Below are positions 22,748 to 33,316 of a stretch of DNA of 64,000 bases, one piece after another. The position numbers and the translations under genes are program-made. Origin of the DNA: Methanobacteriota archaeon. Lineage in GTDB: Archaea > Halobacteriota > Bog-38 > Methanoflorentales > Methanoflorentaceae. The notes under the pieces are model-generated. The model was given only the letters and a program-made list of their open reading frames with translations. It was not told the origin of the DNA and searched no databases. Location of the stretch: positions 224,001-288,000 of the forward strand of contig CAVRAO010000012.1 in assembly GCA_963719035.1 (NCBI GenBank), read 5' to 3'. Every line of letters starts with the position of its first letter. Within the stretch, counting starts at the first letter, position 1.

Positions 22748-23242
22748 TTGGGGGGAAGTCCAACGGTTAATGTACTCGTCGTGTATTATTCTCGCACCGG
22801 AAACACCAAAGCGATGGCAGAAATAATAGCCGACGCGGCGGGCAAAGAAGAGGCAGGGGTCAGACTTAAAGAGGTGGCCGACGCCTCAAACGATGACCTT
22901 GTTTGGGCCGACTGCATCATTATCGGCTCGCCCGTTTACTTTGGCCTGCCGTCAAGCGAGATCAAGAAGTTCATAGATGACTCGATCAGCGTCAGGAGAC
23001 AACTGGAAAACAAAGTCGGCGCTGCTTTTGTCAGCTCAGGGCACCGCGCTGGAGGCAGGGAGACGGCTATTATGGCACTTCTGGGGGCATTTATCGTGCA
23101 CGGCATGGTCGTGTGCGGCGATCCGATGTCCTCTGGAGGGCATTATGGTGCCGTTGCAAGCGGCAGTCCAGATGATCGGTGTATTCAGGAGTGCATCGGG
23201 TTGGCAAGAAAAGTGGTTATGCTCGCGACGAAATTGAAGTGA
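22748..23242 (+). CDS. Flavodoxin/WrbA-like FMN-binding protein
   Basis: YYSRTGNTKAMA, IGSPVYFG, KVGAAF, GGRET. Confidence 0.9.
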   Translation: MGGSPTVNVLVVYYSRTGNTKAMAEIIADAAGKEEAGVRLKEVADASNDDLVWADCIIIGSPVYFGLPSSEIKKFIDDSISVRRQLENKVGAAFVSSGHRAGGRETAIMALLGAFIVHGMVVCGDPMSSGGHYGAVASGSPDDRCIQECIGLARKVVMLATKLK

Positions 23243-23390
23243 TATAGCTTCCGCTAGTTCGTGTGTCGTTTACGTCGTACAGACGTTGAGCGTTCTTTGC
23301 TAGCGCTGTTTTAGCTAAGGAGAGGTTAAACGAAACGCGCTATGCTGTCCCAGTCTTTCTTATGATGCAACTCGGCGAGGCGTCAAGCGA

Positions 23391-23843
23391 TTACGCTCTG
23401 AAAAGCTCGTTTGATTCGGGTGCCCATTCGTTTTTTGCACTAAGCCACTCTAAGCCTTCATACAACGCGCGTTGATGCTCCGGCATCGAGGGGCGTGGAT
23501 CCGGCTGCGGTAGCACTTCGACGCCTGCGTTTATAAGCGTGTGCAAGTGTCGCTTTATACGGTTCAACTCGGCGCTATTGTCGCGCAAGTCAGTTAACGT
23601 CTCCTTTAATTCCTCGTCGCTACGTGGCTCCGCTACCAGCGCCTTTACCTTGTTCGCTACCAGCGCCTTTATCGCCTTGTTCGCTACCAGCGCCTTCACC
23701 TTGTTCGCTATCTTCGCCTTTATCGCCTTCCGCTGTTGCTCGTGCCCTTTCACTTGTTCTATCGCTTCGTCGAGCGTTAAATAGCGCTCGTCGACGCGCC
23801 GGAAATAGTGCATGAAATCCCAGTCAAGTATAATAACAGTCAT
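23391..23843 (-). CDS. Hypothetical protein with internal KALVANK tandem repeats
   Basis: 150-aa ORF with RBS GAGGTGG; repeat at 23630-23730. Confidence 0.6.
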   Translation of the reverse strand: MTVIILDWDFMHYFRRVDERYLTLDEAIEQVKGHEQQRKAIKAKIANKVKALVANKAIKALVANKVKALVAEPRSDEELKETLTDLRDNSAELNRIKRHLHTLINAGVEVLPQPDPRPSMPEHQRALYEGLEWLSAKNEWAPESNELFRA

Positions 23844-24401
23844 TTATACCACCTCGTTACTCTCGCTGTTTATCTCCGCTCTCATACTTTTTCCAAAGAC
23901 AAAGCACCTGTTAGCGTTTCACGGGCACTTAACGTTTAACCTCAGCACAAGCGCGATAGGCGACGAGGATCGGATGAACGGCGGGTAAGCCCCACACAAA
24001 AAGAACAGAGGATGGCCACGGGCATGCCGTACTCAGCTGTGACATGCTTTGGTTGTTAAGTAGTAGCACGATGCGAGAGCAGATAAGGCTTTTCTATTCT
24101 TCCTTCTTTTTTGCCACCGCCTGCGCTTTATCGTTGCTCGTCAGAAATTGCAGCGCGGCTTTAGAATAATGGAAAACAAACGAATTTGCAGCTCACTAAA
24201 AAATCGTAAGCAGAATAAGCGAGGCAGCTAAAACGTCCGAGCGGCTGTAAGTCAGAATTTTCCTTGACCGAAAAGAAGTGCCCCTCCTCGAACCCCTCCT
24301 TGTACACCTCAAGCCCGTTGTTGTAGAGTTATAGCTCAACACCTTGTTGAAAGGAATGCTCACCGGCTTATTCCCCGGCGTCGGCTGAGCAGGATGCGTC
24401 T

Positions 24402-24908
24402 CTAATCATTTGATACCTCCCCTTTTTTATCCCCATCACGCCTAATCGTCGCCCGTATCGTTCTACCAGGATGCCACGCTGAATCCGCATCAATATCTAC
24501 ACGCAATTTATGATAACGGCAAAAATCAATAATCTCGCATAAATCCTCGAATGATGCACCGTATGGTTCCGTTGTTATGACATACTCGCCGTCGGGATGC
24601 TTATGCGTAGTCGAGTGGTCGAATATGCCGAGAATATTGCCCACGTCGTCCGAGTCTACTTCTACTTTGCGCCCAGGTATCCGCACGTGGCGCTTATGTA
24701 GTAGTTTATCTAGTTGAGCGCCGTTCGGGAATTTACCGCCCGGGTTCCGTTTTACGCTCATAACTTCGGCATATACGTCTTCTAGGTCGTCGAGTTCTTC
24801 AAGCGTTTGAACCGCCTCAATATACTCTGACGAGGGATTAACGTTATACTGCGTTCTGCGCTCGCGTTTAATATCGTCGGACTTCATTCGTTCATACCTC
24901 CTTATCAC
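24402..24908 (-). CDS. Hypothetical protein
   Basis: 168-aa ORF with protein-like composition; GGAGGT precedes the internal ATG. Confidence 0.55.
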   Translation of the reverse strand: MIRRYERMKSDDIKRERRTQYNVNPSSEYIEAVQTLEELDDLEDVYAEVMSVKRNPGGKFPNGAQLDKLLHKRHVRIPGRKVEVDSDDVGNILGIFDHSTTHKHPDGEYVITTEPYGASFEDLCEIIDFCRYHKLRVDIDADSAWHPGRTIRATIRRDGDKKGEVSND

Positions 24909-25578
24909 CTAAAATGAGTAGCTTACCGCCTGTCAGTTCAAAAAATATATGGGCCGCTGCTAAGCCAGGCGCAAGCGGGTAAAGCAAAAGTTACTTTCTG
25001 TTGACATAGACCTAGCTAATTCGTATTATTTGTATGCATATAGGATTCGAGAAAAGTTAAACCAATTTGAAAAGTTACTCATAAGCACAGGTTCCATCAA
25101 ACCAACCTACTTCTGACGACGTTCGAACGCCCTCACCATCAACGAGCCACTTACGGGCCGACGGGACGCTTCTCTCGCATAGCACAGACCTGCCCGGCAC
25201 GACCGAACAAATCAAAAGACGGAAAGCGCTATTTTTGCCTCGTGAGGCATTTTTTGCAAACTTATGGGTAGGATTGCGCTCGATTCTTGTGAAAGGTATA
25301 AATCGAAGCGGCGTGTATATTAAAGGTACGCTCTATAGGATGTGTGGTGGAAAAGGTAGCTGCCAATGGCTTTTGGAGTAGGGCTTTCGGAGTAGTAACA
25401 AACCTCTGCTCTGAAGTATTGGGCGAATTCGCCTTGGCTCTCAAACAAACCATTGGTGGGGATCACTTTCGGGATCTACATATCCTATAGAGTTCAACCT
25501 CACTTTTTTTGTAATGATTCGTTTAATTGTGCTTTTTGTTTCGTTTTGCCTCACGCTCGTAGCTATATGCCGTCAAAA

Positions 25579-25710
25579 TTATCGCAAACCAGCGCTGTCC
25601 CGTTCCATTTGGTTAAAAAGAGTTTTTACCTCGGCTTTTATACCATCGAGACGCTGTTCTAGCTTCTCTAAACGGTCCTTTAAGTCATTTATTTCGCTTT
25701 CGTAGTCCAT
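25579..25710 (-). CDS. Small coiled-coil protein (43 aa, not in the ORF track)
   Basis: MDYESEINDLKDRLEKLEQRLDGIKAEVKTLFNQMERDSAGLR* with upstream GAGGGAG. Confidence 0.55.
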   Translation of the reverse strand: MDYESEINDLKDRLEKLEQRLDGIKAEVKTLFNQMERDSAGLR

Positions 25711-25967
25711 TTTTCTCCCTCGATTCTCAGCTTCTGTCTTGTATGTACACAGTCACAAGCTGCATTTACGAACGTTCATACGCACGTCATATTGGCGGCA
25801 CTGAGCAAAGCGCCAGCACCTTTAGACAACTCCTCGCCGTTGTCGCCGCGCGCTGTCTTGAATCCACGCATCGTGCGCCTCTTGGTGACCTCTGCGTGCC
25901 AACCCTTCAAGCTTGACGCAGGGACGAAGTCGTTGAGTAACAAAAGCGCTTCAAACGAACGGGTGGT

Positions 25968-26264
25968 CTATTTTATGGGTACTTTAACGCCTTCAACTCG
26001 CTCTGCTAACGGTATGACCGCCTTAAAAAGTCCATTCGAGAACGTCGCCGTTGCTTTTTTCGGATCGGTCTTGATCATCGATACCCAGCAGCCCCTATAC
26101 GTTATATCGTCTCGGGGTGCCGTCAGACAAAACCCATTTTCCATCGCTTCAAATTCAATATCCTTCTTATGTACGCCAGGGAGCTCCACTATAATGGTGT
26201 AGGTTTCCTTATCGTGATAGAAAACTGCTTCTGGTGCGATAGGGATTCGTTCTTTTTCAGCCAC
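25968..26264 (-). CDS. Small heat-shock protein (Hsp20/alpha-crystallin)
   Basis: IIVELPGVHKKDI...ATATFSNGLFKAVIP. Confidence 0.88.
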   Translation of the reverse strand: MAEKERIPIAPEAVFYHDKETYTIIVELPGVHKKDIEFEAMENGFCLTAPRDDITYRGCWVSMIKTDPKKATATFSNGLFKAVIPLAERVEGVKVPIK

Positions 26265-26440
26265 TGATGATCACCATCGGAAGTTACATTTCAAACGCTT
26301 AAATAGCTTAGCCGCGTTAAAGTCGCAAAACCAGCTTCTTTTAACGTACGCTGACTTCATCAAGCAAAGAAGCGCTAAGCCACTCATAAGTGACCATCAT
26401 ATAGCTTTAGGCACGCCATTAGTGCACCTTTTGAACCGTA

Positions 26441-26956
26441 CTAGCAGCGCTTCACGTCATGCGCGCCCGTAAGGTGTTTCGATGCGAGGGCCGAGCCAAA
26501 TTCGTACGTAATGACTCTTTCTTGGCCCGAACTTGAAGCATTTCTTTTTGACAGCTGCACCTCGAGCATCCACGCCATTACCGTGCCAGTGAGTCTATCC
26601 TTGAACTCTCCCTTAAGTGTGAGGCGCTGCTTGGCGACGAAATACTTGTTGAGTTTGTAGATTAGCTCCTCGTTTCGTTGACTATCGAGGCTAATTACCC
26701 CGTAGGCGTCTTCTAATTCGGAAACCCTCGCCCATGGTTCGTCAAAGTTTGACGCCGAGAGCTCATCTTGCCCGACCGTAAAATTGACCGTACCGCGACC
26801 GGCGTGAGGCACCTCATTAAGACAAAAGGTAACATCGCCAACGCTCTCAAAAACACGTTCTTGCATCTCAATCACCAGAACAAACTGCGTCGAATTCCTT
26901 AAGGCTATCGTAGTCCCATATGAGAACTGGGTTTTTTTAACACGCGATCGGACCAT
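26441..26956 (-). CDS. Hypothetical protein (likely start MQERVF)
   Basis: Long ORF between two Hsp20 genes on the same strand. Confidence 0.5.
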   Translation of the reverse strand: MVRSRVKKTQFSYGTTIALRNSTQFVLVIEMQERVFESVGDVTFCLNEVPHAGRGTVNFTVGQDELSASNFDEPWARVSELEDAYGVISLDSQRNEELIYKLNKYFVAKQRLTLKGEFKDRLTGTVMAWMLEVQLSKRNASSSGQERVITYEFGSALASKHLTGAHDVKRC

Positions 26957-27146
26957 CTAGTCGAATATGGCGAAGCTCCGAAACCAAAGCGCTTATAAGC
27001 GCGAGTTACTCCTGCGGTGTGCGTGGGATCAATTCTGCAACTCGGGCCATAAGAAGGAACAGGGTACGCCGTTCAGTTCCGCACTCTCGGGTCCTCAGCC
27101 ACCCGCAGCGATGATAAATACGCGGTGGTCCAACGAACTTGGTAAA

Positions 27147-27452
27147 TTATTTTATGGGTACTTTGACGCCCTCAAGCCGTTCAGCGAGCGGTATGGTCAC
27201 TTTAAGAAGGCCATTTGTGAACGTGCCCGTTGCCCCTTCCGGATTGATAGTATGGGAGAGTGCCCAGCAGCCGGCATATTCGATATCGCCTCGGGGTGCT
27301 GTTAGACAAAACCCGTTCTCGCCAGCTTCAACTTTGATGTCCTTCTTATCCACGCCGGAAAGTTCCACCATAATGGTGTAGTTTTCTGCATCGTGATAAA
27401 AAAATGCATTCGGTGCGACAAAGATGCGTTCTTTTTCAGCCAATAGTATCAC
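27147..27452 (-). CDS. Small heat-shock protein (Hsp20 paralog)
   Basis: IMVELSGVDKKDI...GTFTNGLLKVTIP; shares the EGVKVPIK C-terminus with 25968-26264. Confidence 0.88.
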   Translation of the reverse strand: MILLAEKERIFVAPNAFFYHDAENYTIMVELSGVDKKDIKVEAGENGFCLTAPRGDIEYAGCWALSHTINPEGATGTFTNGLLKVTIPLAERLEGVKVPIK

Positions 27453-27609
27453 CGCGTAGCATTCTGTTTGAATGATTAAGTAGCTTTGCCGGGCTTAACA
27501 CCGTAGAATCTCATTTTGCAGCAGCTGAACTGCATAGGTTGCTTCGGGACAAATGACTCCGTGGAAGGGGCGAAATATATATTTAGCTCAGCCCTTTTCG
27601 TTCGTAGCT

Positions 27610-27819
27610 GTGAACAAGACCAAAGAACACCATAAGGAGGAGGCACTGACCCTGTCCATCGAGCACGCTGCACGCCTTATCGGCGTAAGCCGAACGACCG
27701 CTTACCGGATGGTGCGGGACGGTGACCTGCGGGCCATACGAGTTGGAAGGCGGGTGCTTGTCCTAAAGAAGCCCTTGATGGAAATGCTCGAAGCTGAAGA
27801 GGATACGAGCCGCTTGTAA
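27610..27819 (+). CDS. Excisionase-like HTH_17 DNA-binding protein
   Basis: LSIEHAARLIGVSRTTAYRMVRDGDLRAIRVGRRVLV. Confidence 0.85.
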   Translation: MNKTKEHHKEEALTLSIEHAARLIGVSRTTAYRMVRDGDLRAIRVGRRVLVLKKPLMEMLEAEEDTSRL

Positions 27820-28094
27820 AAACTAAGTAGCGAGCCACGCGCTGCTAGCTCTCAATCGCCGAATCGCCTCGAACGCAAACTGGGCAATCACGACTCCCAC
27901 CACTACCCACGCGCCAAGTATCCTAGCCAAACCTTGAGGGCATGCGAGGCGCGATGGTGGGGGCGCCTGCCACCTCTGATCTAGCAATCGCGCTGCTGGT
28001 TAACGAAACAGACAGACTTTTCATAACGTCCCCCCTCGCATCCGCTGGGCGCGACCCTACATAAACGGCAGCCCCCCACCGACGAGACGCAGAT

Positions 28095-28790
28095 TCACTC
28101 TTCAAGGGGCGTAACGTAGCAGGATGCCAGCTTGGTGCTAATGAGCTTCTGTTCGTGAAAAAGGCGCGCTGTGAGGTGGTACATGCCTTCTTCACTCGCG
28201 TAGAGCTCGCTTACAAATCGTTTCGTACCGCCCTGTGCAATGAAGTCGATATCGATCACGTCCATGAGCGTGTGGGATTTCGACGGGGGAGTTGCGGCGA
28301 TTTCGAGCCGTAGATTCGGCACGTCGCGTCGGGCGTGCACTACCGTCTCCGTCTCGATTGTTTCTTCATACGCCCAGTAGGGCCGATTCACGAAAAAGGT
28401 CCGGATCTCGGCGGGATCTTCGATGAGTTGAACCTCATACAAGGGAGAGTACCAGCTCACATAAGCACCGTCGCGGTATGCCTTGACATGCAGATAGACC
28501 CATCCAGTGTGGTTCGCAAAAACGTGAAAGTTGAGCGCTGCCATGTCGTTAGGGCGCAACTCTTTCACGAAATGAAAAGAGCCGCTTGGCAAAATGTCGA
28601 TATCGTGCGTGTTAAAGGTATACAGCGTCGCGCTTACGTCGACGAGGCGCTCCATTGATAGGTTCCTCAGCCGGACGGTGATCCAATGGCGCCCCCGTTC
28701 GAGCACCTCGGGCGTAACAGTTGCCTCGAAGGAATACTTGCGTCGTTCTTCCATGGCGATTCTCTTCTCTCCTCTCTTTTCGCCGGTCAT
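28095..28790 (-). CDS. Hypothetical beta-rich protein (two Ig-like domains, no signal peptide)
   Basis: 231-aa ORF; ITVRLRNLS and EEGMYHLTARL patterns. Confidence 0.6.
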   Translation of the reverse strand: MTGEKRGEKRIAMEERRKYSFEATVTPEVLERGRHWITVRLRNLSMERLVDVSATLYTFNTHDIDILPSGSFHFVKELRPNDMAALNFHVFANHTGWVYLHVKAYRDGAYVSWYSPLYEVQLIEDPAEIRTFFVNRPYWAYEETIETETVVHARRDVPNLRLEIAATPPSKSHTLMDVIDIDFIAQGGTKRFVSELYASEEGMYHLTARLFHEQKLISTKLASCYVTPLEE

Positions 28791-29224
28791 AGTATCATCA
28801 AATTAAGTAGCGCACTGAAGATAATAAGGTATATGCAAGGAAAAAACAGATCACGAAGGAGAAACACGCTGCACTATCATAGCTCGGGCCTACTTGAAAA
28901 GTACCACCCTGAAACTGCATGCTATTTTTTTATTTCATTATCAAAATAATAAACCCCCAATACGGCCCTTTTGTGAGGGTCACGACTCTTTTATAAGTTA
29001 GGGGTGACCTTCCGGCGCTGCGCTTGCATCGCAATTACGCGTATCTCGCAAGAAAAGTTCGCATTGTTATTAATTTGTCGTTTTTCTGTTTTGCGTGTGC
29101 TGCCCGCGCGATTGGACGCATGATAGCGCACAGCGCGTTGAGTCACGTGTAACGACCCAAAGGACAGAGCTATATCTCACAAATGCGCACTCTCTTGCAC
29201 AATCGAGCAGAGGCAAGATTTACC

Positions 29225-29689
29225 ATGGCAAATCAATCACACGTTCAAATGCTCCGGCAGGGAGTATCGGTCTGGAACCAATGGAGAGCGGCGCATCCGG
29301 AGATACGGCCAGATCTCAGTGGGGCTTACCTTACCGGGGTCGACCTCACCAAGGCCGATCTTATCAAAGCTGACCTTAGAGGAACTGACCTCACCCAAGC
29401 TGGCCTTCACGCGGCTGACCTCACCGAGGCTGACCTCACCGAGGCTGATCTCGAAGAGGCTAACCTTACTCGAGCAACCCTTATCAAGGCGGATCTTACC
29501 GAGGCTGAAGTCAACGAGGCCGACCTTTCTGGCGCTAACCTCACCAAGGCGAACCTCACCAAAGCTGCGTTGCGGGGTGCTAAACTTGTCAAGGCTGACC
29601 TCAGTGAGGCGACCTGTATCGGCGCCGACCTTACCGGGGCTGACATGACGGGGGCGGACACGACTGGCGCGATCTTCGAGCATCCTTGA
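29225..29689 (+). CDS. Pentapeptide repeat protein
   Basis: A(D/N)LxX repeats after the MANQSHVQMLRQGVSVWNQWR cap. Confidence 0.95.
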   Translation: MANQSHVQMLRQGVSVWNQWRAAHPEIRPDLSGAYLTGVDLTKADLIKADLRGTDLTQAGLHAADLTEADLTEADLEEANLTRATLIKADLTEAEVNEADLSGANLTKANLTKAALRGAKLVKADLSEATCIGADLTGADMTGADTTGAIFEHP

Positions 29690-30477
29690 TCGGCGAGACG
29701 GACCCGGGCGAAGCGTTACGCAAGTCCTTTGAATTAGGAATTATCGACATCCGCTGCCTGATCACGTGTATAACGTGTATATGCAGTACTGGGCGGACCC
29801 GTGCTTAGATAACGCTGGTTATTGTTGGGAAATCCTTGAAAAAAAGAGCCAACCAAAATTTCGACTCTCTTTGGGAAGAAGAACGTCATGACAAGTACAC
29901 AGTCAATTAGGTTTGATCGAAAGGAAATTGCGAGCCGCAGATCTTCAGAATAGAGACGGAGCATATTTTATTCATGTAAAGAGTAAAAATAGCTAGCGAA
30001 TGCTTGCCTAGTAGTTCTAAAGGTCAAATAATGAGGACGGGAACAAGATCGAGGGACTATCAAGATTACCATAGACCACTCGCGACCTACTCAGAAAAAG
30101 AACGAAACCGGATTTTAGAAAGCAAAGCACAAAGGCGGGCCCGGGCCCAACTACACAAGAAGCTCAGGGGTGCGGTTCCTGGCGTTTTTAACGTGATGCA
30201 AGACACCTCCAATTAAGCGTTCTTGTTTCAGAACAGAGAGACAATCACACCAAGCTTGCGGAAAACGCCCTCGACTTTTTTGTATCCTTTCGTCTTTGAG
30301 AACCACGCTACGCGCCTTTCCTACCTGAACCTGGCTTCGTGAGCTATGTTCATTCGTAGCGGCTTTGCTATTGATCCAGCAAGTGTCACTGAAAAGAATA
30401 TGTAGGTGTTGATTGACGTAGCTGGTGCCAAGTCGAAGGTCTCTACTATGTCAAAGCGAAAAGAGAGGGTAAAACCT

Positions 30478-30705
30478 CTATCGTCTTTGCTGCCTTGTGA
30501 CCTCGCTGCCTTCAAAATGTGGCGGCTCTACAGGATGGAAGTACACGTGCGGACGGTCAGACACTCGATCTGCCTTCCTCTTGTCTAGGTCCTCCACATA
30601 GAACTTGAGCTTCTCACAACACATCTCCAACTCTTTTACGCGTCGTTCTAAGGCTGCTATCCGTTCGTCGTTCGTCTCTGCACCTCCAGCACAGTGGTCA
30701 TACAT
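30478..30705 (-). CDS. Small hypothetical coiled-coil protein
   Basis: ERIAALERRVKELE heptads. Confidence 0.5.
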   Translation of the reverse strand: MYDHCAGGAETNDERIAALERRVKELEMCCEKLKFYVEDLDKRKADRVSDRPHVYFHPVEPPHFEGSEVTRQQRR

Positions 30706-30811
30706 GCCTATCCTATCACGTGCAATCTAACATACTTGACGCTGCCGAATCAGCAAAAGTTCACGAGGCGAGCACACGTTTTTGTATTAACAAGTCGCAC
30801 CCTGTGTCAGC

Positions 30812-32113
30812 ATGGAACCGCTCATAAAGACGAAACCGCCCGGTCCTAACGCTGTCGCGGTCCTTAAAAGGGACGCTGAGGTGATCTCTCAGTCCATGGC
30901 GCGGAATTACCCACTCGTGCTCGAGCGCGCGCAGGACGTTAATTTGTGGGACGTAGACGGAAACCGGTACCTCGACCTCACGGCCGGTTTTGCTGTGATG
31001 AACGTGGGGTGGAATCACCCTAAGGTCGTGCTCGCCATTCAGCAGCAGGCCACGCTGCTCTCTCACGGGGCGTTCTTAGCCTTTTGCTCAGAAACGCCGG
31101 TCACGTTTGCACAACAGCTCACGGAATTCCTGCCTCCCAGCCTCAACCGCGTCTGTCTTGCGAACTCGGGGGCGGAAAGCGTCGAAGCGGCGATGAAGCT
31201 CGCACGCTACCATACCGGGCGAAAATACTTTATTGCGTTCTCCAACGGGTTCCACGGACGTACCTACGGAGCGCTTAGCCTTACTTCAACAAAGTCAATC
31301 CAGAGGGCAGGGTTCGGACCGTTCTTGCCGGTTCTGCGCGCGCCGTTTCCGAACCCATATCGTCCGCAGGGAAGCGAATCAACTGATGTGTCGCTCGGTG
31401 CACTAGAGGACATCTTTAAAAGGGAAGTGCCTGCCGAAGAGGTTGCAGCAATCTTCGTTGAACCGATCCAGGGGGAAGGGGGTTACATCATCCCTCCTCA
31501 GCCCTTTTTGCGGGAGATCCGCGCGCTGTGCGATGAGCTCGGGATTTTGCTCGTCGTTGATGAAGTGCAGACAGGGTGCTATCGGACGGGCACGTTTCTC
31601 GCCTCAGAGCAGTTTGGGGTGACGCCAGATATCGTCTGCCTCTCAAAGGCCCTCGGCGGCGGGCTGCCGCTCGGGGCAATGGTCGCCTCTGAAGAGGTGA
31701 CGACGTGGCTGCCCGGATCCCACGCTGGTACGTTTGCAGGTAACAACGTCGCGTGTGCAGCGGGTCTGGCCGTGCTCGATATTCTAAGTGGCGAGGGATT
31801 TGGCGACTACGTGGTAAGTGCGGGACAGCACTTGTTGCGGCGCCTCAATGAGCTGCAAGAGGACTACGACCTTATCGGAGATGTGCGCGGTATGGGCCTT
31901 ATGGCGGCAATCGAACTCGTCCACAGTAAGGAAACAAAGGAGCCTGCGATAGAAGAACGACGGGTCATCCTCAATGACGCGTTCGAAAACGGTCTGGCCT
32001 TGCTGCCAGCGGGGGAATCGTCGATTCGATTTTGCCCCCCGTTGACTATAGAAAAAGGCGACATTGATAAAGGGGTGGAGATCCTTCGGCGCTCGTTTGA
32101 GAGGGTGGGTTAG
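30812..32113 (+). CDS. Class III PLP aminotransferase (4-aminobutyrate/acetylornithine type)
   Basis: NSGAESVEAAMK, FHGRT, EPIQGEGG, DEVQTG, LSKALGGG. Confidence 0.95.
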   Translation: MEPLIKTKPPGPNAVAVLKRDAEVISQSMARNYPLVLERAQDVNLWDVDGNRYLDLTAGFAVMNVGWNHPKVVLAIQQQATLLSHGAFLAFCSETPVTFAQQLTEFLPPSLNRVCLANSGAESVEAAMKLARYHTGRKYFIAFSNGFHGRTYGALSLTSTKSIQRAGFGPFLPVLRAPFPNPYRPQGSESTDVSLGALEDIFKREVPAEEVAAIFVEPIQGEGGYIIPPQPFLREIRALCDELGILLVVDEVQTGCYRTGTFLASEQFGVTPDIVCLSKALGGGLPLGAMVASEEVTTWLPGSHAGTFAGNNVACAAGLAVLDILSGEGFGDYVVSAGQHLLRRLNELQEDYDLIGDVRGMGLMAAIELVHSKETKEPAIEERRVILNDAFENGLALLPAGESSIRFCPPLTIEKGDIDKGVEILRRSFERVG

Positions 32114-32213
32114 CGCAAAGCTGCAAAAGGCGCGTAAAAAGCGCTCGCGAGGTTAGCGTCTTCGTAAACTGCGCGGTTGTTGCATATCATATAGATACCT
32201 GTTTTGAGACGCG

Positions 32214-33011
32214 TTAGAAGCTCGCGTTGTCAGGCTTAACGCTCACGAGCCTGCGAAGTTCAGCATTACGAGCTATAATGAACGCGTAAAAGCTGTGCAT
32301 CAAAAAGACGTACCTGTTTTTTAGTCTGTCGAACATTGAATTCTCTTTTGTTTTTTCTCCGAAGGTTATCGACCCACCAAACCCCACCTTTCTGAACATC
32401 TTGGATCGGTAAAGTAACTCTCTTACGGCCTTCTTTGGCCCGCCAGACAGCGTGTCATGGAATGCAATAATCCCCCCATCGATGACTTTGGGAAACCAGG
32501 TATCAAAGTCTTTCTTGACGTAGTCGTATTTGTGACAGCCATCGATAAAGAGGAGTTCACACGGTTCAGAAATAAGATCTGCTGCCTCAATTGACGTCCT
32601 GACAATCGGGTTCACGATGCCCCCTAACTGCGCATTTTCAATATTCTTTGTGAATTTCTCATACGTGCCCGTAGCGTCCTCTTTGCTCTGAAAAGGCTCG
32701 CGATGTGGGTCTATCGCGTAGATTTTCACATTTTTACCTGCCATGGATCCTTTGCCTAGGTAAATGGTTGATTTACCTGTGTAAGAGCCGATTTCCACGA
32801 TCGCCCCTCGTCCTGTACACTTTTGAGCCAGAGCATACAGTAATGATCCCTCTATATCAGACAAAAAGCCGCCTGCATCATCAGCTGCCTCTTTTACCAC
32901 TTTCAGTTCTTTTTTGTTGCCATCTATTACTGCTATGATGTCTTTTTGGCAGCATAATCGGTCTATTTTAGCTCGGAAGTTGTCCCACGAAAGAGTCTGC
33001 ATAATTTTCAC
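32214..33011 (-). CDS. Class I SAM-dependent methyltransferase (Methyltransf_24-like)
   Basis: VEIGSYTGKST, YAIDPH, LFIDGCHKY, GGIIAFHD. Confidence 0.9.
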   Translation of the reverse strand: MKIMQTLSWDNFRAKIDRLCCQKDIIAVIDGNKKELKVVKEAADDAGGFLSDIEGSLLYALAQKCTGRGAIVEIGSYTGKSTIYLGKGSMAGKNVKIYAIDPHREPFQSKEDATGTYEKFTKNIENAQLGGIVNPIVRTSIEAADLISEPCELLFIDGCHKYDYVKKDFDTWFPKVIDGGIIAFHDTLSGGPKKAVRELLYRSKMFRKVGFGGSITFGEKTKENSMFDRLKNRYVFLMHSFYAFIIARNAELRRLVSVKPDNASF

Positions 33012-33316
33012 GGATCTGGATTCCTTTGAAGATTTGTCGTCCCGAATTCTGTCGTCTCTAACGGCACTCCATCCTGTGCAAACGCTATTCTACTTGGGCC
33101 TCTGCTGTGGGCAGCTGTAATCACAGTTGGCACTTAGTCTTTTCACCTTTAAGGGGCTTTACCCGTTTAGCAGATAGACCGACGCATTTAGAGCAGTCGC
33201 GATGCCAATCCATGCTAGGTAAGGCGCAAGAAGGTATGGGGCCTACTTGTCCACTTTATAGAACTGGTAGATAGTTGCGGCAGCGACTTCGATATAGCTG
33301 AGGCGCCCAACAACCC

